This document shows, in pieces, positions 1 through 11,850 of a stretch of DNA of 64,000 nucleotides; positions within the stretch are counted from its first letter, which is position 1, and each line of letters starts with the position of its first letter. Position numbers and translations under genes: made by a program. This DNA comes from Spirochaetota bacterium (GTDB taxonomy: Bacteria; Spirochaetota; UBA4802; UBA5550). The stretch covers positions 26,348-90,347 of the forward strand of contig JBNKTL010000016.1 in NCBI GenBank assembly GCA_050298055.1, given 5' to 3'. Under the pieces are notes generated by a model. It was given only the letters and a program-made list of their open reading frames with translations. It did no database searches and was not told the DNA's origin.

Positions 1-941
1 TTGACCATCATATCATTGATCGTACTCAATTCATAATTCTTTATTATGGCAAGGATTATCCCAAGTCTTATATCTGAGAGCTTATCCATTGCCTCCATGT
101 AGGTAAGATTTCTCGAGTATTTCAAAACCCCGAAAGACCTCCATACCCTGTCTTCCAGTTCAATCCTGGATTCAGACATATACCTGTCCCGGGCGCTATC
201 TTCAAGTTCAATAAGCTTGTTTATGGCAGAATCAACATTTTCTATAATATCAATCTCGGAAAGCCCGAGAGATACCCTGTTAGAGACCTGGTAGATGGCG
301 CCTACTGTACGGTCGCTCTTATCTATTGTCCCCGATAGTATAACACCGGCTGTTTTAAGTTTATCTCTCAACGATCCGACACTGTTTTTCATTGTCAAAA
401 CCGGGAGATGGAGCATGACAGATACCTTCATTCCCGTGCCGATGTTTGAAGGACATGAAGTCAGGTATCCGTATTCCCGTGAAAAGGAATAGTTTACGAA
501 CCTGTTCAGTTCATCATCGATTTTATCGGCTGTCCTGTAAGTCTCTTCCAATTGAAGCCCGGGCCGTATTACCTGTATCCTGAAATGGTCCTCATCATTA
601 ACCATGATGGAAAAATCATCGGCCTCATTTAGCATAACAAGGCTGAAATCGGATATCTCCATTTCATAGGTAATCAGGTTCCTTTCACGAAGATACCTCC
701 TCTCGCCGGAACCGATGTTATTCAGATCAATTATTTTTATCTTTTTCCCAAAGGATGATTCTTCCGCAAACCTGCTGCATATACTTCTTATTTCTTCAGC
801 ATCTGACCTGGTGAGATTGCTGTGAAAAAAAAGCCCTTTCATGTTCCGGGCAAGTCTTATCCTGCTGGAAAGAACGATATCACTGTTCGGTCCGCTGGAT
901 AGCCAGAAACCCTGTTCCCTGTGTAAAATTTCCCTGAACAC
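1..941 (-). CDS. mcsB: Protein-arginine kinase McsB (ATP:guanido phosphotransferase), truncated by the window edge
   Basis: Not in the ORF track. Manual minus-strand translation from GTG at 941 gives MFREILHREQGFWLSSGPNSDIVLSSRIRLARN, later NDEDHFRIQ and LTSCPSNIGTG, which are guanido-kinase motifs. Lies directly downstream of mcsA. Confidence 0.92.
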   Translation of the reverse strand, partial: MFREILHREQGFWLSSGPNSDIVLSSRIRLARNMKGLFFHSNLTRSDAEEIRSICSRFAEESSFGKKIKIIDLNNIGSGERRYLRERNLITYEMEISDFSLVMLNEADDFSIMVNDEDHFRIQVIRPGLQLEETYRTADKIDDELNRFVNYSFSREYGYLTSCPSNIGTGMKVSVMLHLPVLTMKNSVGSLRDKLKTAGVILSGTIDKSDRTVGAIYQVSNRVSLGLSEIDIIENVDSAINKLIELEDSARDRYMSESRIELEDRVWRSFGVLKYSRNLTYMEAMDKLSDIRLGIILAIIKNYELSTINDMMV

Positions 942-951
942 TTTATCAGCC

Positions 952-1509
952 TTATTTGTTAATTAAATCGCGCAGGAGCGCAGCTTCCTCATACCGTTCT
1001 TCTGCTACAGCCTTATTAAGCTTTTTCTTTAAATTCATGAGAGATTCATTTTCTAACTCACTGAACTTATCTACCGGTTCTATATTTTCATCAGGATTCT
1101 CAATAATATCATGGATAATGTGCGGGATCTTACCAACATGCATCTTTTCTCCATGACATGCTGATATTACCGATGCCAGCGGCCTGTGCATGCTCTGAAA
1201 ACAGTGTTCGCATCCCAGCTTACCTGTCCGTTTAAAGTCCATAAAGGAACACCCGCAGTTTTTACAGATAAAGCTCTCACTATCATTATTGAGTAAATCA
1301 TTTCCCGGCTCACTCCTGTTTTCATAGAGTTCGCTCAGGTCCAGGAATGAGAGCATATCGGTTGCAGTCAGTGAGAAATTTGAGAGCTTTGAATTAAGTC
1401 CCATCTCCCGGGCACAGGCTTCACACAGGTGAACCTCCGACCTGTTGTCCCGGATTATTTCAGTAAGATGAATTGTTGCTTTTTTTTTCTTGCACCTGTC
1501 ACAGTTCAT
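952..1509 (-). CDS. mcsA: McsA activator (CxxC motifs plus UVR domain)
   Basis: CDRC...HLCEAC, CKNC...GKLGCEHC, H-G-K-P motif and C-terminal AVAEERYEEAALLRD. ATG at 1509 is preferred over the TTG at 1533. Confidence 0.92.
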   Translation of the reverse strand: MNCDRCKKKKATIHLTEIIRDNRSEVHLCEACAREMGLNSKLSNFSLTATDMLSFLDLSELYENRSEPGNDLLNNDSESFICKNCGCSFMDFKRTGKLGCEHCFQSMHRPLASVISACHGEKMHVGKIPHIIHDIIENPDENIEPVDKFSELENESLMNLKKKLNKAVAEERYEEAALLRDLINK

Positions 1510-1880
1510 TAGAGGACTTTTCTCTCTTTTCAAATATAAAGGTAATTGATAATAAAAATAATTCTCATTGAAATGTCAAATTTTAAATTAAGGGCTTTTT
1601 AGAATTATGACGAAAAGCCGCTTAATTTGTTACACTCATAAAATCCAGGTTTAGTTCACTTATCCCTCTATTAAAATACATCAATTATTGAAAAGTGTAA
1701 ACTACTATTTGGTAAAAATTTGAAATTGCATAACTCTTCATTTTAATTATCGGCAACAGGAAAGTGAAAAAAGTGGATCTGCTCCTTTTTTTACTCTGAA
1801 TTGGGAAATATTAATTGAATTTTCGCAGGTAAATTGCCCGATGTTTATATTGATTGGCGAAAAGATAAAAATCATGTCCC

Positions 1881-3107
1881 TTGAGAGAGATGTTTAAAAT
1901 AAAAGAAAATAATAGATTAATCAATTATTTCGTATCAATCGGTGCAGGAATCAATCAGCTTCCTTTGATAAACCATGCTAAACGCCTTGGTTTTAATATT
2001 ATTGGTGTGGATTTTAACCCTTGCGCATCAGGCTTTATTAAGTGTGACCTGAAGATTGTGGAATCAATCGAAAATTACAATGATATATATATAAAGTTGA
2101 GTGAACAGCTCTTTGAGGGGACAATCAGGGGAATTATGACACGGTCATATGGCAAGGCTGTAATTACCGCCAGCTTTCTTAATGAAAAATTCAGGATACC
2201 CTTTATTCCCTTTAACAGGAGCAGTGATTTTGTCATCAAAAAGAAAATGAAGGAAATCTTCATCAAAAACAATATTCTCACCCCGGATATATATAATTTT
2301 ACAAGCAGAACGAGGACCGAAAGGCTTAACTCTGATATTTTTCCCATAATAAAAAAACCTGTTGTGGGTCATGGGAAAACAGGAGTAAAAATTATTAATG
2401 ACAGTGATAATCTGAAAAACGACCTTCCCGTAAAAGGAGAGAATGAAAAATCTCTTTATGAAAAATATATCGAGGGTGATGAGATAATTGCCGTGGGAAT
2501 TGTCCACAACGGCAGGTATTACATTATTGATATTACTGATAAAATGAAGACACCGCATCCTTCATTTGTTGATGTTATGCACGTCTCACCTTCACGGTAT
2601 ATCAATAAGATCGATGAAATTTCAAATATCGGTCAGGCCGTTGCAGATTCATTTGAAATTACCACCTCTCCTCTTATCATGGAGATCATTGTCGATAGTA
2701 AAGGCAGGCTCTACCTCATTGAAGCCGTACCGGAATTTGGAGGTGAGTTCCTTTCTGATGTCCTTGTCCCCTTAAGAACAGGTTACAGCATGATCGACCA
2801 GTCAATCATGAGTACTACGGGGACCGGTTTTAAAATACCTTCCGGAAAGCAGAAAAGAGGTGCTGTTGTTGTAAAATATATCATAGGAGACAATGGGAAC
2901 CTCCTCTCCTTTAATCCAAACGGCCCCCTTCAATATAAAAGCACAATCTATTCAAGGATTTTTAAGGAAATTGGTTCAGAAATCAAAAAACCTGAAACGA
3001 ACCATGACAGGGTCGGTGTTGTTATAACGAAGGGTTCATCGGCGGAAAATGCGATTATGAACGCCGACAAGGCCATTGAGAGTTTTAATATTACAATTAA
3101 GGAATAA
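1881..3107 (+). CDS. ATP-grasp domain protein (amino-acid ligase/carboxylate-amine ligase-like)
   Basis: N-terminal IGAGINQLPLI, PIIKKPVVGHGKTGV, EKYIEGDE and LYLIEAVPEFGG. Exact start uncertain (TTG 1881 or ATG 1890). Confidence 0.8.
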   Translation: MREMFKIKENNRLINYFVSIGAGINQLPLINHAKRLGFNIIGVDFNPCASGFIKCDLKIVESIENYNDIYIKLSEQLFEGTIRGIMTRSYGKAVITASFLNEKFRIPFIPFNRSSDFVIKKKMKEIFIKNNILTPDIYNFTSRTRTERLNSDIFPIIKKPVVGHGKTGVKIINDSDNLKNDLPVKGENEKSLYEKYIEGDEIIAVGIVHNGRYYIIDITDKMKTPHPSFVDVMHVSPSRYINKIDEISNIGQAVADSFEITTSPLIMEIIVDSKGRLYLIEAVPEFGGEFLSDVLVPLRTGYSMIDQSIMSTTGTGFKIPSGKQKRGAVVVKYIIGDNGNLLSFNPNGPLQYKSTIYSRIFKEIGSEIKKPETNHDRVGVVITKGSSAENAIMNADKAIESFNITIKE

Positions 3108-3116
3108 TACTGACAG

Positions 3117-3758
3117 ATGAGTTCAAAGTGGGAAGAGCATTACAGGAGGGAAAAATCGGTTCTCTCATATCCTGATGAAAACCTCGTGAGGATACTTCAC
3201 CGCCACCTGAATAGTATCAAGAGACCCGGTCCATTGAAAGCCGTAGACCTCGGTTGCGGGAGCGGAAGGCACCTGAAGTTGCTTGGTGAATCGGGAATAT
3301 CCTCTGTTACCGGTATCGATGACAGCTATAATGCTCTCAGAATATGCATGAAGAACTACAACTGTTTCCTCCTTCAGTCGGATAATCTGGACCTGCCCAT
3401 AAAGGAAAACAGTACTGATATTACAGTTGCCTGGGGTTCACTCCACTACAACCATAAAAGGGAACTTCCCCGAATGATAGATGAAATTATCAGGATACTG
3501 AAACCGGGCGGTGTACTCCTTGCAACCCTCAGATCTGAGAGGGACACCCTGATGAAAAAAGGGAAGCATATTGAAAATGATGTCTGGCAGACAGAGCTTG
3601 ACGATATTAAAGGATCTATTGTCTCTTTTTACAGCGAAAAAGAACTCCATGAATATTTCTGCCGGTTTTCCTCGTTGAAATATGGAATCATGGAGAGAAG
3701 CATTGTAGGTGACACCGGTAAACTTGTCTCCCACTGGGTCATATTTGCAGAAAAGTAG
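3117..3758 (+). CDS. Class I SAM-dependent methyltransferase
   Basis: VDLGCGSGRH motif I and RILKPGG. Confidence 0.88.
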   Translation: MSSKWEEHYRREKSVLSYPDENLVRILHRHLNSIKRPGPLKAVDLGCGSGRHLKLLGESGISSVTGIDDSYNALRICMKNYNCFLLQSDNLDLPIKENSTDITVAWGSLHYNHKRELPRMIDEIIRILKPGGVLLATLRSERDTLMKKGKHIENDVWQTELDDIKGSIVSFYSEKELHEYFCRFSSLKYGIMERSIVGDTGKLVSHWVIFAEK

Positions 3759-3821
3759 ATAAAACCGGCTTGATTTATTCCGCACCTGAATTTTAACTGA
3801 AATCAACAGGAGTTGTGGCTT

Positions 3822-4868
3822 ATGAAAAATGCAGTAATAATCGGTGCAACGGGTTTTGGAGGTCTGGGGCTCATAGAGATTCTCTTAAAGCACCCGGGAT
3901 TTACTATTAAACAGCTCATTGCCAGGAAAGACTGCGGTAAAAGACTGAGTGATGTATTTCCCCATATGACGGGACACTGCGATATCATGGTTGATTCACC
4001 GGAAGCGATCGACTACAGCGGAATTGATATTGCTTTCTTCTCCACCCCTGACAGGGTCGGTATGACAATTATAAAGGATTTTTTTGAAAAGAAGATCCCC
4101 GTTATCGACTACAGCGGTGATTTCAGGTTTAACTGCATTCCTGATTATGAAGTCTATGCAAGGAACAAAGGTGTGGATGAGAAACATTATTCACCCGAAA
4201 TTCTTGAAAGTTCCGTCTACGGGCTCCCGGAGATATACAGGGATAATATTGCCCGGGCAAAAGTTGTTGGTAATCCCGGATGTTTTGCCATATGCATGAT
4301 CCTCGGACTTCTCCCTGCTGCTGCAAAGGGTATTATCTCATCCGATACTATCATCTGCGACGGGAAAACAGGTGTCTCCGGGGCAGGAAAAAATTCCGGT
4401 GAAGCAAACCTCTATCCGCAGCGATATGAAAACATCAATACCTATCGGGAAGGAGCGCATCAGCATCTTGTGGAAGCTGAAAATGTTATAAATGCTGTTT
4501 CTCAAAACAACAGGAAGATTCTCTTCATCCCTCAGATTGTCCCCATGAACAGGGGAATATTGATAAACTCCTATGCCGAACTTAACAGTAATATGAATAC
4601 GGATGATGTACAGAAACTCTATAGTGACTATTATGCTGATAAACCCTTCGTAACAGTCACCGGTGACTCTCTCCATACCGTACATGTAAGAGGCTCCAAC
4701 CAGTGCAGGGTGCGCCCGGTTGTTGATAAAAGGACCGGGAAACTCTTTATAACATCTGTTATCGACAATCTTCTCAAAGGACAGTCAGGTAATGCTGTGC
4801 AGAATGCAAATATTATAATGGGATATGATGAAACGGCCGGGCTGCTCAATCCGGCTTTCTATCCGTAA
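3822..4868 (+). CDS. argC: N-acetyl-gamma-glutamyl-phosphate reductase
   Basis: IIGATGFGG, VYGLPE, catalytic NPGCF, GVSGAG and IDNLLKGQSGNAVQNAN. Confidence 0.95.
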   Translation: MKNAVIIGATGFGGLGLIEILLKHPGFTIKQLIARKDCGKRLSDVFPHMTGHCDIMVDSPEAIDYSGIDIAFFSTPDRVGMTIIKDFFEKKIPVIDYSGDFRFNCIPDYEVYARNKGVDEKHYSPEILESSVYGLPEIYRDNIARAKVVGNPGCFAICMILGLLPAAAKGIISSDTIICDGKTGVSGAGKNSGEANLYPQRYENINTYREGAHQHLVEAENVINAVSQNNRKILFIPQIVPMNRGILINSYAELNSNMNTDDVQKLYSDYYADKPFVTVTGDSLHTVHVRGSNQCRVRPVVDKRTGKLFITSVIDNLLKGQSGNAVQNANIIMGYDETAGLLNPAFYP

Positions 4869-4984
4869 AAATAGAGCACCTGGATTCATCAATTTCCTTG
4901 ACAACATGTAAAGAATTTTAAAAAATTATTTTTACACATATTCATGAGAAGGGTATGATTAATTAATCAGAGGATAAAACAAAT

Positions 4985-6730
4985 ATGTCCACAACCTTAA
5001 CAAGCGGGACCAGTGTTTCTCCCGGAATAAAAATTGGGAAAGCGTATGTTTTCAGCAGCAGCAGAGTTATCATCCCGAAATATATGGTCAAGGACAACGA
5101 GATTAACGATGAGCTGAAAAGATTCAATGACGCGGTAAATCAGACCAAGAAAGATATATCAAAGATACAGAAACAGCTCTCCCAGGGACTTTCCAAAGAT
5201 CTGGCCGATATTTTTACCAGTCATCTCATGGTCCTCGAAGACCCCCTGATTGTTGAGAAGGCTAAAAATGAGATCATCCAGAAAAAGAGAAATGCGGAAT
5301 GGATCATAAATGATATCTCAGTGGACCTGGTCAACAGTCTTAATACAATCGAGGATGAATACCTGAGAGAGAGGATCATAGACATTACCGATATCTACAA
5401 AAGGCTTATCAGCAACCTTCAACAGACCGAAACACGGTCTCTCTCAGATATAGATGAAGAGGTGATCATTTTTGCCAACGATCTCACCCCGTCGGAAACA
5501 GCCCTCATGGACAAGAGATATATTCTGGCATTTGTTACTGACCGAGGCGGGAGGACTTCACATACATCAATCATGGCAAGGGCCCTGGAGATACCGGCAA
5601 TTGTCGGCACAAGAAACGGGACGTCCCTTGCCAAAACCGGCGATACTGTTATTGTTGACGCAATACACAGCCAGGTTATTATAAATCCAACCGATGATGA
5701 AATAATAGAGTATGAAAAGTATGAGAGGGATTTCAGGGAGCTGGAACTTGAACTGGCCAAACTCACGAGCCTCCCCTCCCTGACACTGGACAATGAAGAA
5801 ATATCAATCTACGGAAATATTGAGATCCCGGAAGAGAAAGTTGTAATCAGGGACCATGGGGCACAGGGGATAGGACTTTACCGTTCCGAGTTCCTTTTCC
5901 TTGAAAAATCACTCCCTGATGAGGAGAAACAATTCCAGGAATACAAAAAGGTTGTTGAATACTTCAACCCCCTGCCTGTTACAATCCGAACCATTGACAT
6001 GGGGGGAGATAAGATTTATACCGACACAAAACCGGAGAAGGAGAGAAATCCTTTCCTGGGATGCAGGGCAATCCGCTTCAGCCTTGAACACAGGGAAATC
6101 TTTAAAGTGCAGCTCCGTGCCATTCTCCGGGCCAGCCATTTTGGAAATACCCGGCTGATGTTCCCGATGATAACAACAATTGATGAGTTCCTGAAGGCAA
6201 AGTCCATAACACGGGAAGTAATGGATGAACTGAAAAAGGAAAGCATACCTTTCAATGAAAAGATACCCATAGGACTCATGATTGAAGTTCCATCAGCAGC
6301 AATAAATTCAGATGTTCTCTCAAAGTACGCGGACTTTTTCTCGGTTGGCACAAACGATCTTGTCCAGTATACTCTTGCAGTGGACCGGATATATGAAAAA
6401 ATTGCCTATCTCTATAATCCCCTGAACCTTTCAATTTTGAGGCTGCTGAAAAACGTCGTTGAAGTATCAAAAAAATTCAACATTCCCCTCTCTATCTGCG
6501 GGGAGATGGCCGGTGAGCCCCAGTATACCATGGTACTCATAGGTCTCGGATTCAGGCATTTCTCCATGGGTCCCGCTTATATGTACCAGATTAAAAAGAT
6601 CATCCGGTCTATAACCATCGAAGAATGCGAAAACCTGGTCAACACCCTTCTTGAACTGGAAAATACCGAGGAAATTGAGAAAAGGGTCAGAGCAATCTGC
6701 AAAGAAAAATTTCAAGAGATCCTTTTTTAA
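4985..6730 (+). CDS. ptsI: PEP-protein phosphotransferase (PTS enzyme I)
   Basis: GGRTSHTSIMAR phospho-His motif, GIGLYRSEFLF, NPFLGCRAIR, DFFSVGTNDL and CGEMAG. Confidence 0.96.
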   Translation: MSTTLTSGTSVSPGIKIGKAYVFSSSRVIIPKYMVKDNEINDELKRFNDAVNQTKKDISKIQKQLSQGLSKDLADIFTSHLMVLEDPLIVEKAKNEIIQKKRNAEWIINDISVDLVNSLNTIEDEYLRERIIDITDIYKRLISNLQQTETRSLSDIDEEVIIFANDLTPSETALMDKRYILAFVTDRGGRTSHTSIMARALEIPAIVGTRNGTSLAKTGDTVIVDAIHSQVIINPTDDEIIEYEKYERDFRELELELAKLTSLPSLTLDNEEISIYGNIEIPEEKVVIRDHGAQGIGLYRSEFLFLEKSLPDEEKQFQEYKKVVEYFNPLPVTIRTIDMGGDKIYTDTKPEKERNPFLGCRAIRFSLEHREIFKVQLRAILRASHFGNTRLMFPMITTIDEFLKAKSITREVMDELKKESIPFNEKIPIGLMIEVPSAAINSDVLSKYADFFSVGTNDLVQYTLAVDRIYEKIAYLYNPLNLSILRLLKNVVEVSKKFNIPLSICGEMAGEPQYTMVLIGLGFRHFSMGPAYMYQIKKIIRSITIEECENLVNTLLELENTEEIEKRVRAICKEKFQEILF

Positions 6731-6731
6731 A

Positions 6732-7484
6732 ATGATATTATACCACAGGCTGGCTGAATACTACTTCGCCATTGAAAATATCAACAGGGAGATTGAGAAC
6801 GATATATCCCTTGTGCGCTCATACCTTCACGGAATGAAATCCCCTTCTCTCCTTGACCTTGGCTGCGGGACCGGAGAACATCTTATACAGCTCTCCAGGT
6901 ATGGCATACACTGTGTTGGCCTGGACAGCAGCGAAGATATGCTGGAAATTGCCCGGGAGCGGTCCCCGGAAAAAATTGAATATATTAAGTGTGATGTAAC
7001 AGATTTTGATTATTATGATGATTTTGATATGATTATTTCCTTTTTCGGATCTCTGAACTACCTTCTTAACGACAGTGAAATCGACGCTGCCATGTGGAAT
7101 ACGTGGCGTGCCCTGAAGCCGGGGGGAATTGGGCTTTTTGAGATATGGAGTTCATACCCCATAGATAAAATACACGCAAAGGATATGGACCATGTTTCAA
7201 CAACCAGCTACGGAGATAAGAAAATAAAACGGAACAGGGGATTTGCCCGGATGGATCATCCTGATAAAACGATTGTGGAAGTGAATTACAGGTACGAGAT
7301 AAGTTCCGGAAGCAGTACCGAGTACATTGAGGACAGACATGTTATGAGGGCTTTCAGTAAAGATGAAATAAGCCGCTTCATGGAAGAAAACGGCTTATCA
7401 ATAATCTCAATATATTCAAATAACCTGAAAGAACCCTTTAAAAAGTATTCCAACAAGATGATGATTCATTTTACAAAGGATTGA
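6732..7484 (+). CDS. Class I SAM-dependent methyltransferase
   Basis: LLDLGCGTGEH and LKPGG. The ATG at 6732, just after the ptsI stop, is the likely start. Confidence 0.87.
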   Translation: MILYHRLAEYYFAIENINREIENDISLVRSYLHGMKSPSLLDLGCGTGEHLIQLSRYGIHCVGLDSSEDMLEIARERSPEKIEYIKCDVTDFDYYDDFDMIISFFGSLNYLLNDSEIDAAMWNTWRALKPGGIGLFEIWSSYPIDKIHAKDMDHVSTTSYGDKKIKRNRGFARMDHPDKTIVEVNYRYEISSGSSTEYIEDRHVMRAFSKDEISRFMEENGLSIISIYSNNLKEPFKKYSNKMMIHFTKD

Positions 7485-7490
7485 CCGGTT

Positions 7491-9956
7491 TCACATCTCC
7501 ATCCTCTTATCATCACCTTCCGACGGTATATCGGTCTTGTTCTTTTTAAAATCCGCTTTCCAGTCGTCAATTGTCTCTTTCCATTTATCGAAGAGTACCT
7601 TTGTTTTTTCCGAATCCTTAAAAAACTTCTCCGGATTTTTTAACGCCAGGAAGAGAACCTCTTCCATGGTTGATACCGGGTGAAAGACCATCTGCTTTTT
7701 TACATAATCGGGTATCTTTTCAAGGTCTTTCTCGTTTTCCTTGGGAATAATAACATGTTTGATATCTCCCCTGTGGGCCGCAAGGACCTTTTCTTTAAGA
7801 CCGCCGATCTGGAGGACCTTCCCCCTGAGTGTAATTTCTCCTGTCATTGCCAGATCACATCTTACGGGAATATCACTGAAAATCGATGCAACTACAACCG
7901 CCATTGTAATCCCGGCAGAGGGACCGTCCTTTGGGATACCCCCTTCAGGAACATGAAGGTGAACATCATAGTCACTCAGATATTCGTCTGCAAGGTTGAA
8001 GAACTGCTGGTTTGCTTTAATATAAGTCATTGCAGCCTGTCCCGACTCCTGCATAACTTCACCCAGTTTACCTGTCAGTGTCAGTTTTCCTTTCCCCTTT
8101 ATCAGCAGTGCTTCAACATTGAGCACTTCACCACCCACAGATGTCCATGCAAGTCCTTTGGCAAGCCCTATTTCATGCTCCAGTTCCTTAACGCCATACT
8201 TGAACTTTATGGCTCCAAGGTACTGGTGAAGGACTTCCTCATCAATGACCTTTTTAAAGTCTTCTCCCTGTTCTACCACTTCCCGAGCGGCTTTACGGCA
8301 GACTTTGGCAATAACACGTTCAATGTTTCTCACCCCGGCTTCCCGGGTATAATGCCGTATGGTATAGAGCATGGCCTCTTTGCCATATTCAATGTTTTTA
8401 TCCCGGAGGCCGTTTTCCTTTATCTGTTTTCCCAGGAGAAAATTAAGGGCGATATTCAGTTTTTCCGGCTCGGTATAACTTGTAATTTCAATTATCTCCA
8501 TCCTGTCCTGGAGCGGCAGGGGAATCTCATGCTGGACATTGGCAGTGGTAATAAACATGACATCGGTAAGATCATACGGAACTTCCATATAGTGATCAAC
8601 AAAGTTGAAATTCTGTTCCGGATCCAGCACTTCCAGAAGTGCAGATGAAGGATCACCCCTGAAGTCCATGGACATTTTGTCTATCTCATCGAGAAGGATC
8701 ACTGGATTTACAGTACCGGCTTTTTTCATCATCTGTATAATGCGCCCGGGAAGCGCTCCCACATAGGTTCTTCTGTGGCCCCTGATCTCGGCTTCATCCC
8801 TGACGCCGCCAAGTGACATCCTGACAAATTTCCTTCCCAGGGCCCTGGCTACCGATTTCCCCAGGGACGTTTTACCCACACCCGGGGGGCCGACAAAACA
8901 GAGTATTGGACCTTTCAGTTTTTTTGAGAGCTTGCTCACTGCGATATATTCTATTATCCTCTCCTTGACCTCTTCCAATCCGTAATGATCTTCATTGAGG
9001 ATATTCATGGACTGCTCTATCTTCTTGTTGTCCTTTGTTTTCTTCTTCCAGGGGACATCTCTCAACCACTCAATATATGTTCTGACGACCGCGGATTCCG
9101 CAGACATGGGGGGCATTTTTTCAAGTCTTTTGAGTTCCTGCAGGGCCTTCTGCTTTGCCTCTTTGCTCAGGCTCGTACTCTCGATGGATTTCCTCATTTC
9201 CTCAATTTCGTCACCCTCTTCACCGGATTGGCCAAGCTCTTTCTTGATAACCTTCATCTGTTCATTGAGGTAGTACTCTTTCTGGGTCTTTTCCATCTGC
9301 TTCCTGACCTGGCCCTGGATCTTCTTCTCAATATACATGACCTCGATTTCACCGTTGATCAACTCTATGAGCTTCTTAATCCTGTCATAAGGATTGCCAA
9401 GTTCAAGTATTGACTGCTTATACTCAATCCTCATCTCGATATGTGATGCGAGAACATCAACAAACTGCGATATATCATCTATCCCCGATGCTGTGGTAAG
9501 GGCTTCTTTGGGGACTTTTTTGTTCAGCTTAATGTACTTCTCAAACTCCTTCATGAGGGTGTTCTTGAGTGCGGCTATATCAGTTTCCGTGTCCGGTTCC
9601 CTTTCGATATCTTTGATTGAGACACTGTAAAATTCACCTTCGGTTTCAAGATCTGAAATATAGGCCCTCCGCTTCCCCTCTACAAGGACTTTTATTGTCC
9701 CATCGGGGAGCTTGAGAAGCTGAAGAATTTCTGAAACTGTTCCAACGTCATAGATGTCCTTCTTTTCAGGGACAGTAACATGCGCATCAATCTGTGTTGC
9801 AAGGATGATCAGCCTGTTCTCTTTCATCGCGCTGTCAAGGGCTTTAACAGACTTATCCCTCCCTACAAAAAGGGGAATGATCATATGGGGAAATACAACG
9901 ACATCTCTTAACGGTAACAGGGGATAGGGTTTATCAAATTCAATATTTTTTTTCAT
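7491..9956 (-). CDS. lon: ATP-dependent protease La
   Basis: [12 protein letters not shown], Walker [10 protein letters not shown], catalytic PKDGPSAG and IGGLKEK. Confidence 0.98.
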   Translation of the reverse strand: MKKNIEFDKPYPLLPLRDVVVFPHMIIPLFVGRDKSVKALDSAMKENRLIILATQIDAHVTVPEKKDIYDVGTVSEILQLLKLPDGTIKVLVEGKRRAYISDLETEGEFYSVSIKDIEREPDTETDIAALKNTLMKEFEKYIKLNKKVPKEALTTASGIDDISQFVDVLASHIEMRIEYKQSILELGNPYDRIKKLIELINGEIEVMYIEKKIQGQVRKQMEKTQKEYYLNEQMKVIKKELGQSGEEGDEIEEMRKSIESTSLSKEAKQKALQELKRLEKMPPMSAESAVVRTYIEWLRDVPWKKKTKDNKKIEQSMNILNEDHYGLEEVKERIIEYIAVSKLSKKLKGPILCFVGPPGVGKTSLGKSVARALGRKFVRMSLGGVRDEAEIRGHRRTYVGALPGRIIQMMKKAGTVNPVILLDEIDKMSMDFRGDPSSALLEVLDPEQNFNFVDHYMEVPYDLTDVMFITTANVQHEIPLPLQDRMEIIEITSYTEPEKLNIALNFLLGKQIKENGLRDKNIEYGKEAMLYTIRHYTREAGVRNIERVIAKVCRKAAREVVEQGEDFKKVIDEEVLHQYLGAIKFKYGVKELEHEIGLAKGLAWTSVGGEVLNVEALLIKGKGKLTLTGKLGEVMQESGQAAMTYIKANQQFFNLADEYLSDYDVHLHVPEGGIPKDGPSAGITMAVVVASIFSDIPVRCDLAMTGEITLRGKVLQIGGLKEKVLAAHRGDIKHVIIPKENEKDLEKIPDYVKKQMVFHPVSTMEEVLFLALKNPEKFFKDSEKTKVLFDKWKETIDDWKADFKKNKTDIPSEGDDKRMEM

Positions 9957-9995
9957 TTTACACTCTTTTTATATGGGTCATTAAAAAGAAGCAGT

Positions 9996-11252
9996 TTATG
10001 CTGACTTTTCTTCTTCACTGTATGTAATGAGAGGTTCATCTTCACCCTTAACCATTTTCCTGGTTATGGTGATCTTTTCAATATTGCTCACAGAAGGAAC
10101 ATCGTACATTAAATCGAGCATCACCTTTTCAAGAACTGCCCGTAAACCCCGGGCTCCCAGTTCCCTCTCCATGGCGATATTCGCTATTTCCTCTATTGCT
10201 TCGTTTTCAAAAACAAGCTCAATATCCTCAAAGGAAAATATTTTACCGTACTGCTTCACCAGGGCATTTTTCGGTTCGGATAAAATCCGTATAAGTGCGT
10301 CCGTATCCAGGCTGTTCAATACTGCTACAACCGGGAACCTGCCCACAAATTCGGGTATGAGGCCATACTTTATCAGGTCTTCCGGTGCCACCTGTTTGAT
10401 GATCTCTTCCCTGTTAACATCTTTTTTGGATTTAATCTCCGCGCCAAAACCGAGGGTTTTATTTCCTATCCTGTTTTCAACTATTGAATCCAGGGATATG
10501 AAAGCTCCGCCTACAATAAAGAGGATATTCCGGGTATCGATGGAGATAAACTCCTGGTGCGGGTGTTTCCTCCCCCCCTGGGGCGGAACATTTGCAACTG
10601 TGCCTTCAATAATTTTAAGAAGTGCCTGCTGCACTCCTTCACCGGATACGTCCCGGGTAATTGAAGGATTATCTGATTTTCTTGAAATTTTATCGATCTC
10701 ATCTATGTAAATAATTCCAATCTCGGCTTTCTTGATATCACCGTTGGCATTCTGTATCAGTCTGAGAAGGATATTCTCAACATCCTCGCCCACATACCCC
10801 GCTTCTGTGAGTGATGTGGCATCGACTATTGCGAAGGGCACCTTAAGGATCCTGGCCAGAGTCTGGGCGAGGAGTGTTTTCCCCGTCCCGGTTGGTCCTG
10901 TGAGAAGGATATTGCTCTTATCAAGTTCAACATCATTTTTTTTGAGTTTGTTGTTGCTGAATATCCTCTTGTAATGATTGTATACGGCAACAGAGAGAAT
11001 TTTCTTGGCTTCATCCTGCCCGATCACATACTCATTTAATATCTCATAAATATCCTTGGGCTTTGGCAGACTTTTGAAATCTCCGTCAAAATCAGAATCG
11101 TGCTCATCTGTTACAATTTCATTGCAAAGCTCGATACATTCATCGCAGATATATACATCAGGTCCTGCCACAAGCTTCTTCACAACTTCCTGACTTTTTC
11201 CGCAGAAAGAACAGAAGAGCTTTGTTTTCGTATCCTTCTTTTTAGATGTCAT
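9996..11252 (-). CDS. clpX: ATP-dependent Clp protease ATPase subunit ClpX
   Basis: CSFCGK zinc finger, [19 protein letters not shown] and the LGF loop. Confidence 0.98.
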   Translation of the reverse strand: MTSKKKDTKTKLFCSFCGKSQEVVKKLVAGPDVYICDECIELCNEIVTDEHDSDFDGDFKSLPKPKDIYEILNEYVIGQDEAKKILSVAVYNHYKRIFSNNKLKKNDVELDKSNILLTGPTGTGKTLLAQTLARILKVPFAIVDATSLTEAGYVGEDVENILLRLIQNANGDIKKAEIGIIYIDEIDKISRKSDNPSITRDVSGEGVQQALLKIIEGTVANVPPQGGRKHPHQEFISIDTRNILFIVGGAFISLDSIVENRIGNKTLGFGAEIKSKKDVNREEIIKQVAPEDLIKYGLIPEFVGRFPVVAVLNSLDTDALIRILSEPKNALVKQYGKIFSFEDIELVFENEAIEEIANIAMERELGARGLRAVLEKVMLDLMYDVPSVSNIEKITITRKMVKGEDEPLITYSEEEKSA

Positions 11253-11268
11253 ATAAGCCTCTCAATAA

Positions 11269-11850
11269 TCATTTTCTCTCTATTACCTTGTCAATTATCC
11301 CGTAATCCCGGGCTTCCTCTGCACTCATAAAATAATCTCTATCTACATCTTTGGCAATCTTTTCCACAGGTTTTCCCGTGTGCAGGGAATAAATTTCATT
11401 CAATTTGTGCTTAATCTTAATAATTTCCTTGGCCTGTATCTCAATATCGGAGGCCTGGCCCTGGAACCCCCCAGCCGGCTGGTGGATCATGATCCTTGAA
11501 TTGGGGAGTGCGGACCTCTTCCCCTTTGCTCCCGCGGAAAGAAGAAGTGATCCCATTGAAGCTGCCTGTCCTATACATATTGTGGCAACATCCGGCTTGA
11601 TATACTGCATGGTATCGTAGATAGCCATCCCTGATGTAACAACTCCCCCCGGTGAATTTATATAGAGAAAGATGTCCTTATCCGGATCTTCTGCTTCCAG
11701 AAAGAGAAACTGCGCAATAATCAGGCTCGAGATATGGTCATCAACCGCTTCTCCAAGAAATATTATCCTGTCCTTTAACAGCCTTGAATAAATATCATAA
11801 GACCTTTCACCCCTGCTTGTCTGTTCAACTACAATAGGAACTAAACTCAT
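11269..11850 (-). CDS. clpP: Clp protease proteolytic subunit
   Basis: [30 protein letters not shown] and MIHQP. Confidence 0.98.
   Translation of the reverse strand: MSLVPIVVEQTSRGERSYDIYSRLLKDRIIFLGEAVDDHISSLIIAQFLFLEAEDPDKDIFLYINSPGGVVTSGMAIYDTMQYIKPDVATICIGQAASMGSLLLSAGAKGKRSALPNSRIMIHQPAGGFQGQASDIEIQAKEIIKIKHKLNEIYSLHTGKPVEKIAKDVDRDYFMSAEEARDYGIIDKVIERK

Noticed and set aside
6651..6731. Extended N-termini from the ORF track (6651, 14005, 14845, 20500, 30093, 54479)
   Set aside because: Downstream ATGs avoid overlaps or match family N-termini better.
7680..8648. Long antisense ORFs (e.g. 7680..8648, 10027..10710, 51989..52894, 58022..58852)
   Set aside because: They are shadows of well-conserved genes on the opposite strand and have no recognisable motifs.
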